Shown here one piece after another: positions 61,746 through 64,000 of a stretch of DNA of 64,000 nt. The translations under genes and the position numbers were made by a program. The DNA is taken from assembly GCA_001643675.2 (NCBI GenBank), contig LSRY02000005.1:1736001-1800000 (forward strand), given 5' to 3'. Position 1 is the stretch's first letter; each line of letters begins with the position of its first letter. This DNA is from Monocercomonoides exilis PA203 (lineage: Eukaryota > Protista > Preaxostyla). Below the pieces are notes generated by a model. It was not told the DNA's origin, searched no databases, and saw only the letters and a list, made by a program, of their open reading frames with translations.

Positions 61746-64000
61746 TTATTGAATCAACTTATTTATTACATCAAGCAGACGAGAAAGTACTTCTCTTTCA
61801 GCAGAAACCCAATCGCTTATCATTTCTTCCTGTGTGCTGTCAATCCGGCCCGTGGCCTTTTTCCGCTGTGAATAATGATAGAAAGCACGCGCTGTGATAG
61901 CCTCTTGAAGTCCTTCGAGAGTTCGAGGAAGCAATATTTCTGTTGAAGAAGAAGAAGATGAAAATGAAGAAGAGGAAGAAGACGAAGACGAAGACGAAGA
62001 GGAAGAGGAAGAGGAAGAAGACAACAATGATGAAGAAAAAGAAGAGGAAGAAGAAGCATCAGAAGAATGAGAAGAAGAAGAAGGCGATGATCTTAATTCA
62101 TCCATTGAACTGGAACAGGAACTAGATATTGGTTTTTCTGGCAGACTTTCAGCAAGGCAAGATGATTCAGAAATGACTGTAGCGTCTTTGGAAGACAAAT
62201 CTGTAGATGAAGGTGCAGAGGAAGAAACAGAGGAACCCTCACTTCCTGATTCTGATGAAACATTATTTTCTGTATTTTCTTGAGGCTTGCAACACTGCTC
62301 ATCAGCATTCGAAGATGAAGAGCATCCACGACTCATATTTGCACTTTGTGGTTCATCAGTGCCATTTTCACGCAATTCAGAAGAAGATGAATGTGCAGCA
62401 GTTGTCGCGGCTGATGTCTTTGAAGGATTAACAGAAGCAGACAAAACAAAAGTGAAGTCTGTCGCTGTCTGAAGAAAGTTTGTTGTTGATGAGGATAAGC
62501 TACTGGAAGGCTTATCAGAAGCAGCCTGCGAAGGTAATGACAATGATGATGGTTGCTCAGAGGAGGAAGAAGAAGAAGGAATATCATCAGAAGAAGCGGA
62601 AGCGGAAGCGGAAGTGGAAGAGGAAGAGGAAGAGGAAGAGGAAGAGGAGGAGGAGGAGGAGGAGGAGGAGGAGGAGGAGGAGGAGGAGGACGAGGAAGAG
62701 GGTGATGAGGAAGAAGAAAACGAAAATGGATATGATAGCGGAGATGATTCCGAAGTTGACGTTAATAAGGAATCGGAAGAATATGCGTTTGCATCATTAT
62801 CTAATTGCTTTTTGTTATTAGATAATTCTCCAGAAATCTCATCAGATTTTTTATTATTAAAATCTTCTTTAACAACATTAAATGATAAATCCTTTTTAGG
62901 CTTTTCTTCAAGTGGAGTTTCAGCCTCTGACAAATGTTTTGAAGAAGAGCTTTCAAACGAAGTATTTGCTTCATCAAGAACAACAGAATCGGAAAGGTTA
63001 ACTTCATCTTCAGAAGTATGTGAAACACTTTGGAATGTTGTTGGCACTGTTTCTTGTTCTGTTTGAGATTCATTATTTTCCTCGCTGCTTCTTTCAATAT
63101 CAATGCTTTTGATATCAAAAATAGTATTTTCACAATTTTGTGAATTACCAAGTGAATCATTAGAGGCGATGCTTCTGTTCGATTCATTTGTCATACTGAG
63201 AGTTGGCAATGATGAAGACAACATATTTGTTTGCGTCTCACTTGAAAACCCTAAAGGTAGTTCTTCGAAGTCAGATACAAGCTCTGGTGTAGAAGCTACA
63301 GGAATAGTTGAAATGGATGATTGAGAATCCTTTTCTGAGGCATTTAATGGTGAAGAATTGGATTCGTGAGTATCAGATAAACATCGATTAGGAGTTGTAA
63401 TTGCACTATCGATGCGCGAATTACAGGAATCGTTCGTTGTATTCGTCTGAAAATCCAAGGACGAGTTACTATTTTCTGGTGTTGCATTTGTAGGTTTATT
63501 TAAAGTTGATATTGGTAGAGAATTCTGAAAGATTGAGGAATCTGACGGGATTTGCATTTCCTTACATGAAATTCCTTGACCACGATTATGTAAAATGCCT
63601 TTTATAGAATGAGAAAGTTCTTGAGTGGTTGCAGATTTTTTCAATATTAACGATTTTGGTGATTGTTCAAAACAAAATGGCTTCTTTGGTGAAAGTTTGA
63701 TTTGTTTGACCCTTTCCATTTCGTGCTGCGATAAATATATTTTCAGTGAATGATCGATCTCAGAAGTTGAACTGCTTTGAACTAATGATGGCTTCTTTAA
63801 CGGAAAATGAAATGAAGGACTTTTTTCAAGTGATGAGCGAGAAGATCTCGTCGATACACTGTGATTTCTTTGAATTTGAGGAGGAGACGGAATAAGTGTC
63901 TCTTGCTCAACGCTTCTTTGCTCTTGCTCATCATCATCACTTTGTAATTCATCTTGTTCATTTTCTGCAAAATGAGCGAAGCTATTTTCCCTAATAAGTC
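61746..64000 (-). CDS. Ser-rich low-complexity protein, 5'-partial, with a C-terminal DUF2934-like motif
   Basis: The frame has no stop between 63719 and the window edge (possible acceptor TTATTAG near 63992). C-terminus LQEAITARAFYHYSQR..GR..DWVSAEREVL. Confidence 0.75.
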   Translation of the reverse strand, partial: LIRENSFAHFAENEQDELQSDDDEQEQRSVEQETLIPSPPQIQRNHSVSTRSSRSSLEKSPSFHFPLKKPSLVQSSSTSEIDHSLKIYLSQHEMERVKQIKLSPKKPFCFEQSPKSLILKKSATTQELSHSIKGILHNRGQGISCKEMQIPSDSSIFQNSLPISTLNKPTNATPENSNSSLDFQTNTTNDSCNSRIDSAITTPNRCLSDTHESNSSPLNASEKDSQSSISTIPVASTPELVSDFEELPLGFSSETQTNMLSSSLPTLSMTNESNRSIASNDSLGNSQNCENTIFDIKSIDIERSSEENNESQTEQETVPTTFQSVSHTSEDEVNLSDSVVLDEANTSFESSSSKHLSEAETPLEEKPKKDLSFNVVKEDFNNKKSDEISGELSNNKKQLDNDANAYSSDSLLTSTSESSPLSYPFSFSSSSSPSSSSSSSSSSSSSSSSSSSSSSSSSSSSTSASASASSDDIPSSSSSSEQPSSLSLPSQAASDKPSSSLSSSTTNFLQTATDFTFVLSASVNPSKTSAATTAAHSSSSELRENGTDEPQSANMSRGCSSSSNADEQCCKPQENTENNVSSESGSEGSSVSSSAPSSTDLSSKDATVISESSCLAESLPEKPISSSCSSSMDELRSSPSSSSHSSDASSSSSFSSSLLSSSSSSSSSSSSSSSSSSSFSSSSSSTEILLPRTLEGLQEAITARAFYHYSQRKKATGRIDSTQEEMISDWVSAEREVLSRLLDVINKLIQ

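Overview
Eukaryotic, intron-containing, AT-rich protist genomic DNA using the standard code (genes end in TAA/TGA). Gene families and splice donors (GTTTG/GTATG) are most consistent with the oxymonad Monocercomonoides; this is recognition from memory, not a search result. From left to right: (1) the 5' part of a DIRS-type retrotransposon on the minus strand (gag-like ORF, RT/RNase H ORF, a long overlapping third ORF, a dual-coded 36-bp repeat and a hairpin-rich leader); (2) a decayed copy of a multicopy hypothetical gene family; (3) a 7-exon tau-tubulin-kinase/CK1-family gene with a ~2400-aa low-complexity tail ending in CCIIL; (4) a 3993-aa beta-helix surface protein with a TM segment and a kinase-like C-lobe lacking catalytic motifs; (5) a (TAT)n microsatellite; (6) a 450-bp TA-flanked MITE nested in one arm of a long-inverted-repeat element, whose other arm preserves the empty site; (7) a 5-exon gene absent from the ORF track that resembles ESCRT-I VPS37; (8) an 8-exon kinesin-light-chain-type TPR gene; (9) a ~6430-aa ARM-like protein interrupted by charge-block repeats; (10) a divergently transcribed 563-aa beta-helix membrane protein; (11) the 3' end of a Ser-rich protein with a DUF2934-like C-terminal motif. 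All exon models were built by hand from GT-AG sites and frame continuity.
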